Part shown: positions 1-10,397 of the stretch, one piece after another
Numbering within the stretch: the stretch's first letter is position 1
How the letters are laid out: every line of letters starts with the position of its first letter
Source: a virus
Lineage: Duplodnaviria; Caudoviricetes
Length of the DNA stretch: 33,562 bases
IMG/VR virus record: IMGVR_UViG_3300022879_000009
Coordinates: 1 to 33,562 of that record
Strand: one strand, 5' to 3'
Translations under genes and position numbers: made by a program
Notes under the pieces: model-generated
Databases searched by the model: none
The model's input: only the letters and a program-made list of their open reading frames with translations
What the model was told of the DNA's origin: nothing

Positions 1-1316
1 ACAGTTGCGGCAGCGCCAGCACGAGCGGCGGTTGCAAAACCACCTATTTTACCAACTAAACCGCCAATTACTCCTCCCATTCTTCCTAATATAGAAAGAG
101 CAGGACCAGCAGCTAAAGCGATACCACCAATAGCGATAACAGTCTTTTGTGCTTCCGGCGATAAATTAGAGAACCAATCCGTAACATCTTTAACCGCTTC
201 TGAAACAGCAGGAAGAACATCCATAGCGATATCTAATAACATTTTCCCGAGTGGTTCTAATGCAATTTGCGCTTCTCTTAATGTCTTTTGCCACTTTTGA
301 GAGAATGTTTCTTCTTGCGCTTTTTTTAACTTGTCCATAGCGCCTTTAGTTTCACCTAGACCACCATTCACATCAGTTAAACTATATACAGCTTGGTTTC
401 CCATATCTTCGAATTTGACACCAAAGATTGAAACTCCAAGTTGAGTAGCGAGAACTTGATCATCCATACCTTTCAAATCACCAATTACCGATTTGAATAC
501 ATCGGCCGAAGTCGCTTTACCTTCATTAAATGATTTCCAAACATCCTGAGTCTTTTGGGGTAACTTTCCAAAGGCTTCTTCAACACCTTTAGAACCGTCT
601 TGCACACGGATTCCGAACTCTTTAACAAGATCGTTAACGTAATCAAGGTTATATGATCCATTAGCCGTTCCGTTAGCGAGTATAGTAAACATTTCATCAG
701 CAGAGAATCCTGCTTGTTTAAATAAAGGAGCGTATTCACTCAGATTATCAAAAAGTTCATTTGAATAATTAAGTCCGTTTTGCGCACCTGCAGCAAGCAA
801 GTCAAACGTTTCCTCTGTAGACAACCCAAATTGACTCATTAATTGCCCTGCGCCACGAGTGGCTTCATTCAGATCCACATCAAACGTTTTAGCGAGAGCT
901 AAAGTGTTCTTTGTTGCTAATTCCATTTCGTCATATGGAACATCACGCATGTTTTGATAAACCTTTTCTAAGCCTCTTGTAGCTTCTTCAGTACTTTCGC
1001 CAAACCCATCTGACCAAACCTTTTTAACGATGTTATTGAGGTTCTCAGCGCCTTTTTCCGTCACACCTAAAGCAGCTTGTATTTGTCCTTGTGATTTGTC
1101 AAAGTCCATTGCGGTTTTGAAACCTAATGCTGATACAGCAGCTAAAGGGGTAGTAACGCCAACAGTTAACTGATCACCAATAGCTCCAATCTTACTGAAA
1201 GCTTGTTCAACTTTACTTCCTGTTTGTTCTGCTGTTTGCTGGAAACTTCGCAATTCAGCTTCAGCTTGTCCGTTATTTACGGTTATATCAACGCCAATTT
1301 GTTCGTGACCTGACAT
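1..1316 (-). CDS. Phage tail tape measure protein, N-terminal part (runs off window)
   Basis: ATG at 1316 overlaps the upstream stop (TAATG). Hand translation MSGHEQIGVDITVNNGQAEAELRSFQQ...GDQLTVGVTTPLAAVSALGFKTAMDFD is typical of tape measure proteins. Follows the tail chaperones. Confidence 0.93.
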   Translation of the reverse strand, partial: MSGHEQIGVDITVNNGQAEAELRSFQQTAEQTGSKVEQAFSKIGAIGDQLTVGVTTPLAAVSALGFKTAMDFDKSQGQIQAALGVTEKGAENLNNIVKKVWSDGFGESTEEATRGLEKVYQNMRDVPYDEMELATKNTLALAKTFDVDLNEATRGAGQLMSQFGLSTEETFDLLAAGAQNGLNYSNELFDNLSEYAPLFKQAGFSADEMFTILANGTANGSYNLDYVNDLVKEFGIRVQDGSKGVEEAFGKLPQKTQDVWKSFNEGKATSADVFKSVIGDLKGMDDQVLATQLGVSIFGVKFEDMGNQAVYSLTDVNGGLGETKGAMDKLKKAQEETFSQKWQKTLREAQIALEPLGKMLLDIAMDVLPAVSEAVKDVTDWFSNLSPEAQKTVIAIGGIALAAGPALSILGRMGGVIGGLVGKIGGFATAARAGAAAT

Positions 1317-1591
1317 TATAACTTCACCTGCCCACCGAACTGAGCAAATAATTTATTTTTATCTGCTGCTTGTTTGATTACTTTAACTTGTGATTGTCTA
1401 TTTTCGAATGGGAACTCTTTGAATGGTTTTTTACCACGATTCATGTTGTACATCGCATTAGTCACAACTGCTCTCATTCGTAACATATCATTTTCTTTTC
1501 TTCGTAGATCATAAATGACAAGTGTGAAGAACTCTCTTTCAGTCATATTCCAAAACACTTCTGGATCTATGCCGAAATCAAGAACAGCCAT
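1316..1591 (-). CDS. Tail assembly chaperone, C-terminal (T-like) frame, probably reached by -1 frameshift
   Basis: GIDPEVFWNMT motif; lies between the chaperone and tape measure; its frame is open back to the slippery site at 1618-1624. Confidence 0.8.
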   Translation of the reverse strand: MAVLDFGIDPEVFWNMTEREFFTLVIYDLRRKENDMLRMRAVVTNAMYNMNRGKKPFKEFPFENRQSQVKVIKQAADKNKLFAQFGGQVKL

Positions 1592-1614
1592 TGAAAAATC
1601 ACGCTCGTCATTAT

Positions 1615-2025
1615 CTACTTTTTTTCGGTGTCTTCTTCGCTTTCTGAAGACTTATAAACCTCAATAAGCCTTTTGTATTCTTTGAATTGTTCTTCATTCA
1701 TGAAAGCAGCAGAAAGAGCTTCTAACACTGATTCAAAAAGCTTAACGATACCGCATTCCTCATCGTTTACCGCCTCTTCAATAATGTCACAAGCTCTTTC
1801 TTTTGATACCTTTTGTCCGCCACCGCGTAATAAAGCCCAAACTACCGCTGCGAATTGATACTCATCTACTACATTCCCATTTACACACATCATGGAGTAG
1901 TATCGCTGCACATTCATGTTGTATTCTTTTTCTAACTGTATTCGCATGTATCGAGATAATCGTAAATTATAAATATCCCCATCTACTATTAATTGAGTAG
2001 AGGGGATGAATTTTTGATTACTCAT
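1615..2025 (-). CDS. Tail assembly chaperone (G-like)
   Basis: Follows the major tail gene; acidic C-terminus ending EKK on GAA AAA AAG TAG. Confidence 0.8.
   Translation of the reverse strand: MSNQKFIPSTQLIVDGDIYNLRLSRYMRIQLEKEYNMNVQRYYSMMCVNGNVVDEYQFAAVVWALLRGGGQKVSKERACDIIEEAVNDEECGIVKLFESVLEALSAAFMNEEQFKEYKRLIEVYKSSESEEDTEKK
1618..1624 (-). other. Programmed -1 ribosomal frameshift site A AAA AAG
   Basis: X XXY YYZ heptamer just before the stop; the -1 frame reads KVDNDERDFS into MAVLDFG at 1591. Confidence 0.85.
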
Positions 2026-2027
2026 GT

Positions 2028-2552
2028 TTAAGATCCTGATGGTGGAGTTGGCACATAAGCGCGACTAACTTGTGGGCCTGTACCAGTAAGAGATAAAGAA
2101 TATCCAGCTAAATCATCAATTGGAGCTTCTTCACTCAATTCTGTTACAAATGCAATACCGATTTTCTCTTTCATGCGACCTAGATCTAATTCAGATACAA
2201 CAACTGGCGTTCCATTTTCGTATGCAGCTTCTAAAATGTCGTAAGCAGCATCACTAGAAGGCAAAGCGCCTGATACTTCAGTACTCCATTCTTTTTGACC
2301 TTGAATATACTCTTTGTAATCGTTATATTCTTTCGGCTTCCAATCAGTAACACCGAGTTTCGTCATGATTTCTTCCATATTTAAAATACCGCCCGTTTTA
2401 GTGGAAACATCGATTGTATCTGCTGTACGACTGACAGTGTGTTCTTTTTGCCCGCCAATAGCTAATACAGTACCTGTATTTAAATCAGCGATACGAACAA
2501 TCTTTTTAACCCCTAAGTAAGAGGCAATCTTAACTTTTACTTCTTCTGCCAA
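2028..2552 (-). CDS. Major tail (tube) protein, TP901-1-like
   Basis: GGQKEHTVSRTADTIDVSTK and ELSEEAPIDDLAGYSLSLTGTG motifs; position in the tail module. Confidence 0.85.
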   Translation of the reverse strand: MAEEVKVKIASYLGVKKIVRIADLNTGTVLAIGGQKEHTVSRTADTIDVSTKTGGILNMEEIMTKLGVTDWKPKEYNDYKEYIQGQKEWSTEVSGALPSSDAAYDILEAAYENGTPVVVSELDLGRMKEKIGIAFVTELSEEAPIDDLAGYSLSLTGTGPQVSRAYVPTPPSGS

Positions 2553-2553
2553 G

Positions 2554-2964
2554 TTACTTCACTCCTTCAATATAGAATTGATATGTTAAACGAACTGTTC
2601 TAAATCCGTTCTCTGGATCACGTATAACACCTGAATCATCTGTTTTCTGATTCGAACACGTTAAGTTATTAGAAAGGATTAAATCCTCTTCTAGAGCTTG
2701 TATAATCTTTGCTCTGATATCGTATAAACGTCCGTTTGTTGGCTGTTCATCGACAATATAAAAAACGACAAGAGGTTTATCGCCAAATGTCGTTTTAGAT
2801 GCATTATTTTCAATTGTAGGTATTTCAAAGGTTACGAAAGGAAACTCTATATCTCCTTCTTCATCCTCGTTATAATCAAATGAAGCTTCCACTCCATGTT
2901 GTTTTAATCGTTGAACTAAAGCAATATGGAAAGGTGTAAGCGTGTCTCTAATGTTAGCCATCAT
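2554..2964 (-). CDS. Tail completion/terminator protein
   Basis: Synteny between the HK97 gp10-like gene and the tube gene; FPFVTF motif. Confidence 0.7.
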   Translation of the reverse strand: MMANIRDTLTPFHIALVQRLKQHGVEASFDYNEDEEGDIEFPFVTFEIPTIENNASKTTFGDKPLVVFYIVDEQPTNGRLYDIRAKIIQALEEDLILSNNLTCSNQKTDDSGVIRDPENGFRTVRLTYQFYIEGVK

Positions 2965-3382
2965 ATCTCAACGCCTTTCCTATTTCTCTTGCAAAGTCAT
3001 TTCTACCCTTTGTTACTGCTCTTGTGAAGAAATAACTACCAGGGATGAATCTTGTTCTTTTCACTTTTTTAAATGATTTAGAACGTTTGTCATAAAATAC
3101 CTGTCCAACTTTAACCATATGGCCATAGTTAACATGGACTGTGTATTCAGCTAACGATTGGACGCTACCTCTAATTGTGCCACCTGATGAAACGGTGGGC
3201 TTCTTTTCGATTTTTCGTCTCATATCGCCAGTATCAACATTCGCTTCTGCTTTTGCTTGTGATTGAATGTCTGTAGCTGTATTATCAACGGTTTCTTTAA
3301 CACGTTGCTTCATTTGGCTATTATATCTACCAATATTCGCTGCAAGTTGTCCAAATCCACTAACATCAATTCGAACTGACAT
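2954..3382 (-). CDS. HK97 gp10-family tail component
   Basis: NVDTGDMRRKI and EYTVHVNYGH motifs; likely start MSVRIDV at 3382. Confidence 0.85.
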   Translation of the reverse strand: MSVRIDVSGFGQLAANIGRYNSQMKQRVKETVDNTATDIQSQAKAEANVDTGDMRRKIEKKPTVSSGGTIRGSVQSLAEYTVHVNYGHMVKVGQVFYDKRSKSFKKVKRTRFIPGSYFFTRAVTKGRNDFAREIGKALRYDG

Positions 3383-3683
3383 TTTTACCAACAACCTTTT
3401 TACAAATGAATAGATACACTTTCTTGTAATCTCTTTTTTCAAGAATCTCGTACTTTTGATTCTCTACTTTGAGAATACGAGCATTAAAAGACTGCGGATC
3501 CCTGCATAACACTTTAACATTTGTCTTTGTATAAGAAGCTCCATATACTTGAGTTTCTTGCAAGGAGAATGGTGTTAGTAAGCTATCGAATATACCGATA
3601 GGCTTTTCAACCGGGATTTTATCATTCATTTCATTTGTTACGTACTCAATAGCGAGATATTCAACCTTTGTATCGTATCTCAA
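3366..3683 (-). CDS. Head closure / head-tail adaptor protein
   Basis: Synteny, size, C-terminal KYEILEKRD beta motif. Confidence 0.7.
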   Translation of the reverse strand: MRYDTKVEYLAIEYVTNEMNDKIPVEKPIGIFDSLLTPFSLQETQVYGASYTKTNVKVLCRDPQSFNARILKVENQKYEILEKRDYKKVYLFICKKVVGKNVSSN

Positions 3684-4021
3684 AAGAACTTCACTCCACT
3701 TCGATTGCTTCCAGTTGCATCTTCAGTGCCTTGTGTTAATCCCTTTTTAAAGTTCTCTAATTGCTCCGTATACGGTTCTAATAAGTTAGTAATATAAGAA
3801 GTTGAAATAACATCTACTGCTTCACTGGAAGCTCCTTCAGAACCTCTACGATTATATGCTGCAATCGTTACTTCAACAGCAATTGATTCTAGTACTTTAG
3901 GGAATGTAATCACCCCTACACGCAACGATATAACGTCACGTATAGAAGTAACCAATTCATTTAATAGATCATCCTGGGTAGTATCAGTAATTCCTAAACG
4001 AATCTTAATTCGTGTTAGCAT
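3680..4021 (-). CDS. Head-tail connector protein (SPP1 gp15-like)
   Basis: MLTRIKIRLGI..QDDLL and YNRRGSEGASSE motifs. Confidence 0.85.
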   Translation of the reverse strand: MLTRIKIRLGITDTTQDDLLNELVTSIRDVISLRVGVITFPKVLESIAVEVTIAAYNRRGSEGASSEAVDVISTSYITNLLEPYTEQLENFKKGLTQGTEDATGSNRSGVKFF

Positions 4022-4023
4022 GA

Positions 4024-4203
4024 TTAAATACCAGTGATATCTTTAAACTCTGCGAATGTAAGCAGATATTCGTATGTCGCTTTGTCTTCAGTTTCAAATA
4101 CACCTTTTTCATCTGCCCAAAGACCACCAAAATAGTTTGTAGCAACATAAGTAAAAGGTTTAGGTGCAATTACTTTATATACTGTTTTGCTTTTAGCTGC
4201 CAT
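4024..4203 (-). CDS. Small 59-aa protein after the capsid gene (not in ORF track)
   Basis: RBS AAGGAGG; MAAKSKTVYKVIAPKPFTYVATNYFGGLWADEKGVFETEDKATYEYLLTFAEFKDITGI fills the gap exactly. Confidence 0.8.
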   Translation of the reverse strand: MAAKSKTVYKVIAPKPFTYVATNYFGGLWADEKGVFETEDKATYEYLLTFAEFKDITGI

Positions 4204-4220
4204 TTATATTCCTCCTTCTA

Positions 4221-5159
4221 TTAACCTTGTGGCACTGTTGGCTCTGTAGGTTCTACGATTCCTGAAATGCCGCTGATAACAGCCCCAGCATAACTGTTTT
4301 TAAGCTCAAGTGAGTATTCACCAACAATCATATGTTTATCAGAATCTCCGCCTTTTGCTAATCTTTCACTAGCCATTTTACGTAATGGGCGAAGGTTAAC
4401 TTGATTTAAATCAACGATAGTTAAAGCTCCATCAGGCATATGACGGTTTAATACGATGTTCCCACGGCCATAACGAGTGTGAATTACATCAGCAGTTAAA
4501 CCAATGATATTTCCACCGCCTTGAAGTGCTGGAATCATTACACCTTTATCTACTTTGAATAGTTTATCAAGGAATTCAGCAACAGCAGCACCACATTGAA
4601 CTAATTTGTCGCCACCTGCACCCTTTTCCCAGCATAAGCGGAAAGCTTTGATTAGATCTTCAGCAGATAACTTGCCGTCCTTAGGAGTGAATTTGTTACG
4701 AGAATTAATTAAGTTAATAAGACCATTCATTTGTCTTGGAGTTGCGCCAGATTCATCAGCTTTTGTACCTTGAAGCGCGTACCATTCGATATCAACTTTA
4801 CCTTCAATCATACGGTCATTGATTTCTTGCGCCATTTCACCACCAGGAACTCCAGGTACTTTTACAGCTTGCGTTGAACCAGATACTTCAGCAGTACGTT
4901 GGAAGATTTGTTGGTTGTTTTTAATTAATTCACGAACAGTCTTGTTAGAAGCCGTTGCATCAGCACCTTCTAATTGAGGTCCTTTACGGTTTGCATCAAG
5001 AGCAGCTTCTCTCCAAGAGATTTCAGTGCTTGTTGCATCTTTCGTTAACCCATTTTGTAATAGTAATGTTGTAAATGGTGTATCCATTGGAGAAGCGTAA
5101 GCAATAGCTTCAGATAGGTCAATCTTCTCTACAGAAAGTAAATCAGTTGTTTTTTTCAT
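4221..5159 (-). CDS. Major capsid protein
   Basis: 312 aa after the scaffold; DLSEAIAYASPMDTPF, NNQQIFQRTAEVSGS and PRQMNGL motifs (SU10/DUF5309-type). Confidence 0.88.
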   Translation of the reverse strand: MKKTTDLLSVEKIDLSEAIAYASPMDTPFTTLLLQNGLTKDATSTEISWREAALDANRKGPQLEGADATASNKTVRELIKNNQQIFQRTAEVSGSTQAVKVPGVPGGEMAQEINDRMIEGKVDIEWYALQGTKADESGATPRQMNGLINLINSRNKFTPKDGKLSAEDLIKAFRLCWEKGAGGDKLVQCGAAVAEFLDKLFKVDKGVMIPALQGGGNIIGLTADVIHTRYGRGNIVLNRHMPDGALTIVDLNQVNLRPLRKMASERLAKGGDSDKHMIVGEYSLELKNSYAGAVISGISGIVEPTEPTVPQG

Positions 5160-5173
5160 CTATAATCGACTCC

Positions 5174-5812
5174 TTATTGTTTCATTAATTGTTTTTGAAT
5201 TAGCGACAGGCTTGATACATTGCCAGTTTCATTTGTAGTAGGTAGTTTTAAATCAGCACCTTTTGCATAGTTATTAGCAAATCGTTCATCTACGCTTTTT
5301 TGCACACGCTCAGAAGCTAGTGATTCTACATATTCATTGAATTTAGTTACATTTTTAAGCGTGTTATCTAGTGAAGTTGGATCAATGCAGAAAGTAAGGG
5401 CAAAATCGGCATCGATTCCTAATTTATCTGCTTGTTTCGCAACTTCAGTTTCAATTGTTTTACGGGTATTCTCAGCTTTCATCTTTTCAATTTCAGCTTT
5501 CATACCTTCCATTTCAATTTGCTCTGGTGTCTTTTCTGTACGCTTCGCAATCTCTTTTTGAATAAGATCAGGCATTGTTTTAGTCTTGAATGATTCAACG
5601 CCTTTAGATACACCGCTATCGATACGAGATTGCATAACCTTTTGAGCATCAACATTTGTATCTAAGAAACTTTGAAAATGATCTAATGTGAATTCTGGAG
5701 CTTTTTCCCCACCGAGTTCTTCGCCCCCACCAGGATTTTCGCCACCTTCTTCACCTTCAGCAAAGAATTGCAAATTCAATCTATATGGTAATTCTTGTTC
5801 TTTCTTAAACAT
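5174..5812 (-). CDS. Capsid scaffolding protein (DUF4355-like)
   Basis: RLNLQFFAE Prp-type cleavage motif; coiled-coil; precedes the capsid gene. Confidence 0.88.
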   Translation of the reverse strand: MFKKEQELPYRLNLQFFAEGEEGGENPGGGEELGGEKAPEFTLDHFQSFLDTNVDAQKVMQSRIDSGVSKGVESFKTKTMPDLIQKEIAKRTEKTPEQIEMEGMKAEIEKMKAENTRKTIETEVAKQADKLGIDADFALTFCIDPTSLDNTLKNVTKFNEYVESLASERVQKSVDERFANNYAKGADLKLPTTNETGNVSSLSLIQKQLMKQ

Positions 5813-5902
5813 GTGTATTTCCTCCTATCGCCCCATTGAGTACAAGCCCCAATAGTTCGGTATTTGTGCATGATAAATAGACAGTTTAATGACTTATCTA
5901 GG

Positions 5903-6911
5903 TCAGTCGATGTATTTCTTTTCCCATTCTTTATAGGTCATGTTATCAATTCGTTCATAACCATTATTTATATTCATGGCTCGATATTGAATCTTAGATG
6001 TAGCGTTTATTGTAGTGGAACGGCAGTTAGTTAGGATGAAGAGGTGGGTAGTTCTTACCAACCTTAGCTTCATCCAAATTAAATACCCTCCCATCCATCT
6101 TCTGACATGCGCTACTAGTTCTTCTATCAAGAGTAGCTAAGAATCTATATTGTTTTACATTGTCTCGCTTATAAGCATCAGAAGTAGCATGTTCAGTGAT
6201 AAATGCACTCTCTGTTCTTGCTAAACGCTCTGCTTCATGCCATTTAACATCAAAGTTATTACGGAGTTGCTTTGTTACTTCCTTATAACTTGTACCAGTA
6301 GAAAGCATTTTAGGGAGTTCATCTTGCAGGTATAAAGTTAACTGCTTTGTATTGCCCCAAACACGATCAGAGAAGTTTTGATTCTTTACCCATTTCTTAT
6401 ACAACGTAGCTCGCAATACTTCTTCACTAACAGCATGATAAGTGCCAGTCATTCCATAATACATAGCATTGTCATACAGGTTACGATAATATGTTTCCTG
6501 GTAAGTAAGAGATAACTTATCTTTTAATATTTCTTCTTCCATAGCTCCCATTTCATATAGCTTGTACATGATATTAACTATAAGGCCATCTAATCTTTGT
6601 AACTTATAGAAGCTGTAGCGTATCTCTGTGAAGTTATTAAGCTGCGGATACTTTGCAATAAGTTCCTGATAGTTAGAATATAAGTCCTTTCTTTCACTTA
6701 CACTCATCTCCTGCATCAGCTTATAATACTCGATTACGTTATTCTTACCGTATTTATCGTAATAGTCCTGGATAAGTAATTCTATTTCAGCTAACTTCTC
6801 TTGAAAGAATGCCTGATACAGTAATAAACCATCATCAGCGTGTTTGTCAGATACCTTTATTATCTGTTGTTTTCTCTTGGTCCAGTACTTCTCCTGTTGG
6901 CTCTGCGTCAT
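5903..6911 (-). pseudogene. Minor head protein (Mu gpF / SPP1 gp7 family) interrupted by a 4-bp duplication
   Basis: AERLARTE and LDRRTSSAC motifs. PPLHPN|CRST is split by TAAC TAAC at 6026-6033; removing 4 nt restores a 334-aa ORF ending MTYKEWEKKYID. Confidence 0.85.
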
Positions 6912-8316
6912 TTGGGTTCACCTGCCCGAAATCACCGAAACTGTTCATTTCGCTCATCTTTTCTTCTCGTTCTCGTTGTTTTTGTTCCATTTCTGCATCT
7001 ACATCATCGATAGCAGGGATCATACCAAGTACAGTGCGTTCAGATAAGATAGTTGTAAGTTTAGTTAATGTATCAGCTAAGTAACCTAAATCAACCGGTA
7101 ATGTACGAGTAAAGTCAGCATATATATTTGAACTTACAATACTGTTCATACCTTGTTTGATACGCATATAAGCAACAATACCTTCAAACATATCTCGTAA
7201 TCCTTTTTCGAACCATGATTCAGTAAGATTCGCTTTAAACTCAAGAGCAATCAGTTTCCATTTACGAGCTTCACCGGATTCATTACCACCCGCGAAAGCC
7301 TCATCGTTTACGTCGACTGATTTAGAGAAGCGAAATATGTTCTTTTCTAACATTCCAACAAAGTATTCAAAGAAGTCTTTCGGCATCATCTTAGTTAAGA
7401 ATGTAGCATTACCATTTGCATCAGGAATGTTTAAGATACCAGTTTCACCTTCGAATATCTTTTTGGCTTCTTCTCCATCTATATCAGTACCAGTAATAAG
7501 CATGTAAGCTAAACGGAATTGTTCAACTTCATCAGCTCCAGAAGAAATCATTCTATCGTATGCATCATTAAGATCTTCAACAGTTTCAAAGTCGCTGTGC
7601 ATTTCTTGATTGTTTCTAAATTCAAACAATGGCACAATACCTAATAAGTTATCTCTGCCATTATCAACCTTAAATTGCATCATTCCATTAATATCTGAAG
7701 TAGCAGAATGATATTCAACAATTACATCTTTTGTGTAGAGTGTGAGTATTTGTGTATGTCCCTTTTCTGTGTAATCTTCAGATAAAACAACAGCAGCTTC
7801 TTTATGGCCTAACATATATGCATCCCACGAGTTAATGTTCGTAAGGTTTGCGTTAGTTTCAATAACATTAGTTTCTATATCCAATAAACGATAAGAGACA
7901 CCACATGCAGCCTGTTGAGTTCCTGTTTCAATATCTTTCAAGAATACGTCTTGGTTATATAAGTACTCTTTAACCCAATCACGCTCATTTTCAGTAACTT
8001 CTTCTTCAATTTGATATGAGATAGGGTTACCAAATACATATCCAACCTTCTGATCTACGATTAAATTAAAGAAACTATTGTGTATTTTGTTCCAAACTTT
8101 AATCAAATCACTTTCAGGTTTCTTTCTATCATCAATCGCATTCTTTTCAGTTGTGTATTGTTTGTACTTTCGCAATCGTTCGTTTCTGATATCAATGAAA
8201 TCTTTAATGAAATCATTTGGATCAAAGTTATTGTTTCTTATCTTAAACAAATGCTTCTTTTCCTGCATTGTAGTAAGTTTAATGCCGTTATTGTGTTGAT
8301 ATAATTCACTTCGCAA
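6847..8316 (-). CDS. Portal protein, SPP1 family
   Basis: KIHNSFFNLIVDQKVGYVFGNPISY, SDFETVEDLNDAYD and SGEARKWKL motifs. Confidence 0.95.
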   Translation of the reverse strand: MRSELYQHNNGIKLTTMQEKKHLFKIRNNNFDPNDFIKDFIDIRNERLRKYKQYTTEKNAIDDRKKPESDLIKVWNKIHNSFFNLIVDQKVGYVFGNPISYQIEEEVTENERDWVKEYLYNQDVFLKDIETGTQQAACGVSYRLLDIETNVIETNANLTNINSWDAYMLGHKEAAVVLSEDYTEKGHTQILTLYTKDVIVEYHSATSDINGMMQFKVDNGRDNLLGIVPLFEFRNNQEMHSDFETVEDLNDAYDRMISSGADEVEQFRLAYMLITGTDIDGEEAKKIFEGETGILNIPDANGNATFLTKMMPKDFFEYFVGMLEKNIFRFSKSVDVNDEAFAGGNESGEARKWKLIALEFKANLTESWFEKGLRDMFEGIVAYMRIKQGMNSIVSSNIYADFTRTLPVDLGYLADTLTKLTTILSERTVLGMIPAIDDVDAEMEQKQREREEKMSEMNSFGDFGQVNPNDAEPTGEVLDQEKTTDNKGI

Positions 8317-8328
8317 TTCCTCACCTCC

Positions 8329-9549
8329 TTAAATGTTAAGTACTTTCGCAGTACTTTTAGTTTTCTCTGTATAAATGGCATATCGTACAGAATCTAATAC
8401 ATCATCCCATTCTTTCACGGGTTCTCCTGTCCTTTTATTCCAAACATACATAAATACTTCTTTCTTAAATCGGTCTACACGCTGTAAGACAGCCTTGAAT
8501 TTCTCTGATTTAATGTATTTAGCTACTTCTTCAATACCGGATAGAACAGACTTATCAGCGTTTCTCGCTCGTAATCTTTCCTTTTTAAATCGTTCAATGT
8601 ATTCTGGTCTTGCTGTATCGCAATAAAAAAAGATGTTGCCGTAACGCTCTTTCACGCCTTTAGCCACACCTACCCAGTAATCTATTTCTTCATGTTGTTT
8701 TGCATGTTCTTCTAATAGATACAGATTCTCTTCATCATCTTCACCAATAACAACGATAGAGCCAAAATGTTCATAACCCCAATCGACACCAGCAAAGTAT
8801 TTCGTGAATTTTATATCTTTTAGATCAGTTTCTTCTATATAATGCACATCTTTATTGAAGTCTTTATATACAACTCCATCAGCACTACACCATAAACCTT
8901 TTATGTTACGGTCATAAAACATTCCGGTAGGAGTAGAAGCTTTAATACGTTCTCTGTATCTATCATTTAAGAATGTATTATCATCTAATTCATATTGAAA
9001 CGCCTTAATCGTTACACTGTCATCTTTATCAATGTAATCGACCTTTAACCAATGTTCAGGATGATCCGGGTTCGTATCGACTAAAATACGAGCACCATCA
9101 CCACTACAACGTGATTTAATCTCATCGAATACATCTTTATTAGCAAGAGAACCTTCATTCACATAAGCGCCATAAGCAGTCATACCACGAATAGTATCTA
9201 AATGACTTATCTTAGAATGACCAGTGCAGCAGACTAGGACTCCAAACAATTTAAAACGGTTGTATTTATCCATATGAAAATCAATACCGTATTTGTTTGT
9301 AAGTTCAATCAATACGTTCTTTGCTAATGTACCTAATGAAGCGCCAGCAAGAATATACTGCGGTAAATCTACACCTTCATTATCAGCAATTCTTCTTACT
9401 CGTCTTAATTCAGCAAGGAATAGATCGTTATTTAAGATTGTTTTACCAGTACGTTTAGCTCCATGCTGTATTAACATGAAGTAATCATTGTTATAAACGT
9501 AATCCAACACTTGTTGTTGTTTATCGTTATACAGTTCGCTCATGCTCAT
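8329..9549 (-). CDS. terL: Terminase large subunit, PBSX family
   Basis: Walker A HGAKRTGKT, YVNE, DTNPDHPEHW, nuclease GVDWG and DDVLDSVRYA. Confidence 0.96.
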   Translation of the reverse strand: MSMSELYNDKQQQVLDYVYNNDYFMLIQHGAKRTGKTILNNDLFLAELRRVRRIADNEGVDLPQYILAGASLGTLAKNVLIELTNKYGIDFHMDKYNRFKLFGVLVCCTGHSKISHLDTIRGMTAYGAYVNEGSLANKDVFDEIKSRCSGDGARILVDTNPDHPEHWLKVDYIDKDDSVTIKAFQYELDDNTFLNDRYRERIKASTPTGMFYDRNIKGLWCSADGVVYKDFNKDVHYIEETDLKDIKFTKYFAGVDWGYEHFGSIVVIGEDDEENLYLLEEHAKQHEEIDYWVGVAKGVKERYGNIFFYCDTARPEYIERFKKERLRARNADKSVLSGIEEVAKYIKSEKFKAVLQRVDRFKKEVFMYVWNKRTGEPVKEWDDVLDSVRYAIYTEKTKSTAKVLNI

Positions 9550-10301
9550 TTCTTAAACGCACCTTCTAACTTATCCAAGTATTGACCAATCTTATCTTCA
9601 GCAGGATTCTCATCCTTTAATTCATTTCTAATCTTATCTATCTGAGCATTCATCAGATTCAATTTAGCACGTCTTTCATCGTCTATATTAGCTAACTTAT
9701 CAAAGTCTCTAATAAGGGAAGACAACGTGCTCATAGCTCTTGATTGGGCGTTTAAGAATGTAGCATGTTTATCCCAAGCGAACTGAATTTCATATTCGAT
9801 TTCATCGCTTGATTCAGAAGACTTTTCTTTCTTAACTTCTTTCGTTATGTCACCCTGATCTGTTACAAACATTAACCTTTGCGCCCTGATAATAGCGGTA
9901 TATTGAATCGTTATGTTTTCCCATAACATATCAATTGGATTCTTCTCCATGATCTCAGCAGCTAAATCAGCTACATCTTCAGGAAAGTGTTTACGGAAGA
10001 ACCCATGTGTTACTGCATTGTCATTTTGCAAAGGAGCGCCATGGCCAATTGCGTTTTTATTACCCCATTTAGGGTTCTTGTTACCCGAATTACCAACAGC
10101 ATTCTTATTATTAATGGGTGCGCCTGTCTTCTTTTGTGTGCGTACTTTTTCTTCTTTTGTATGCACACCTTTTCTGTCCCATTTGTACCTGGTCTTCCAT
10201 GACTTTACGGTATTAACACTAACCTCATATTTCTCAGCTAGTTCCTTATACTTCATACCTTGCATGTAATCTTCTTGAGCTAACTCGTGTTTTTGTTTCA
10301 C
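9546..10301 (-). CDS. terS: Terminase small subunit
   Basis: N-terminal HTH (KELAEKYEVSVNTVKSWKTRYKW), GAPxxNKNA repeats, NAVTHG; overlaps terL. Confidence 0.92.
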   Translation of the reverse strand: MKQKHELAQEDYMQGMKYKELAEKYEVSVNTVKSWKTRYKWDRKGVHTKEEKVRTQKKTGAPINNKNAVGNSGNKNPKWGNKNAIGHGAPLQNDNAVTHGFFRKHFPEDVADLAAEIMEKNPIDMLWENITIQYTAIIRAQRLMFVTDQGDITKEVKKEKSSESSDEIEYEIQFAWDKHATFLNAQSRAMSTLSSLIRDFDKLANIDDERRAKLNLMNAQIDKIRNELKDENPAEDKIGQYLDKLEGAFKK

Positions 10302-10397
10302 TTCATATCACCCACCACCTTCTATATAATAGGAAGTAATTTGTCTAACTCCTCCTTGTGCTAAGTGCTTTATAAAATAAAAAAAGCAGCGGATTCG

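Noticed and set aside
485-739. 84-aa ORF
   Set aside because: Alternative frame inside the tape measure gene.
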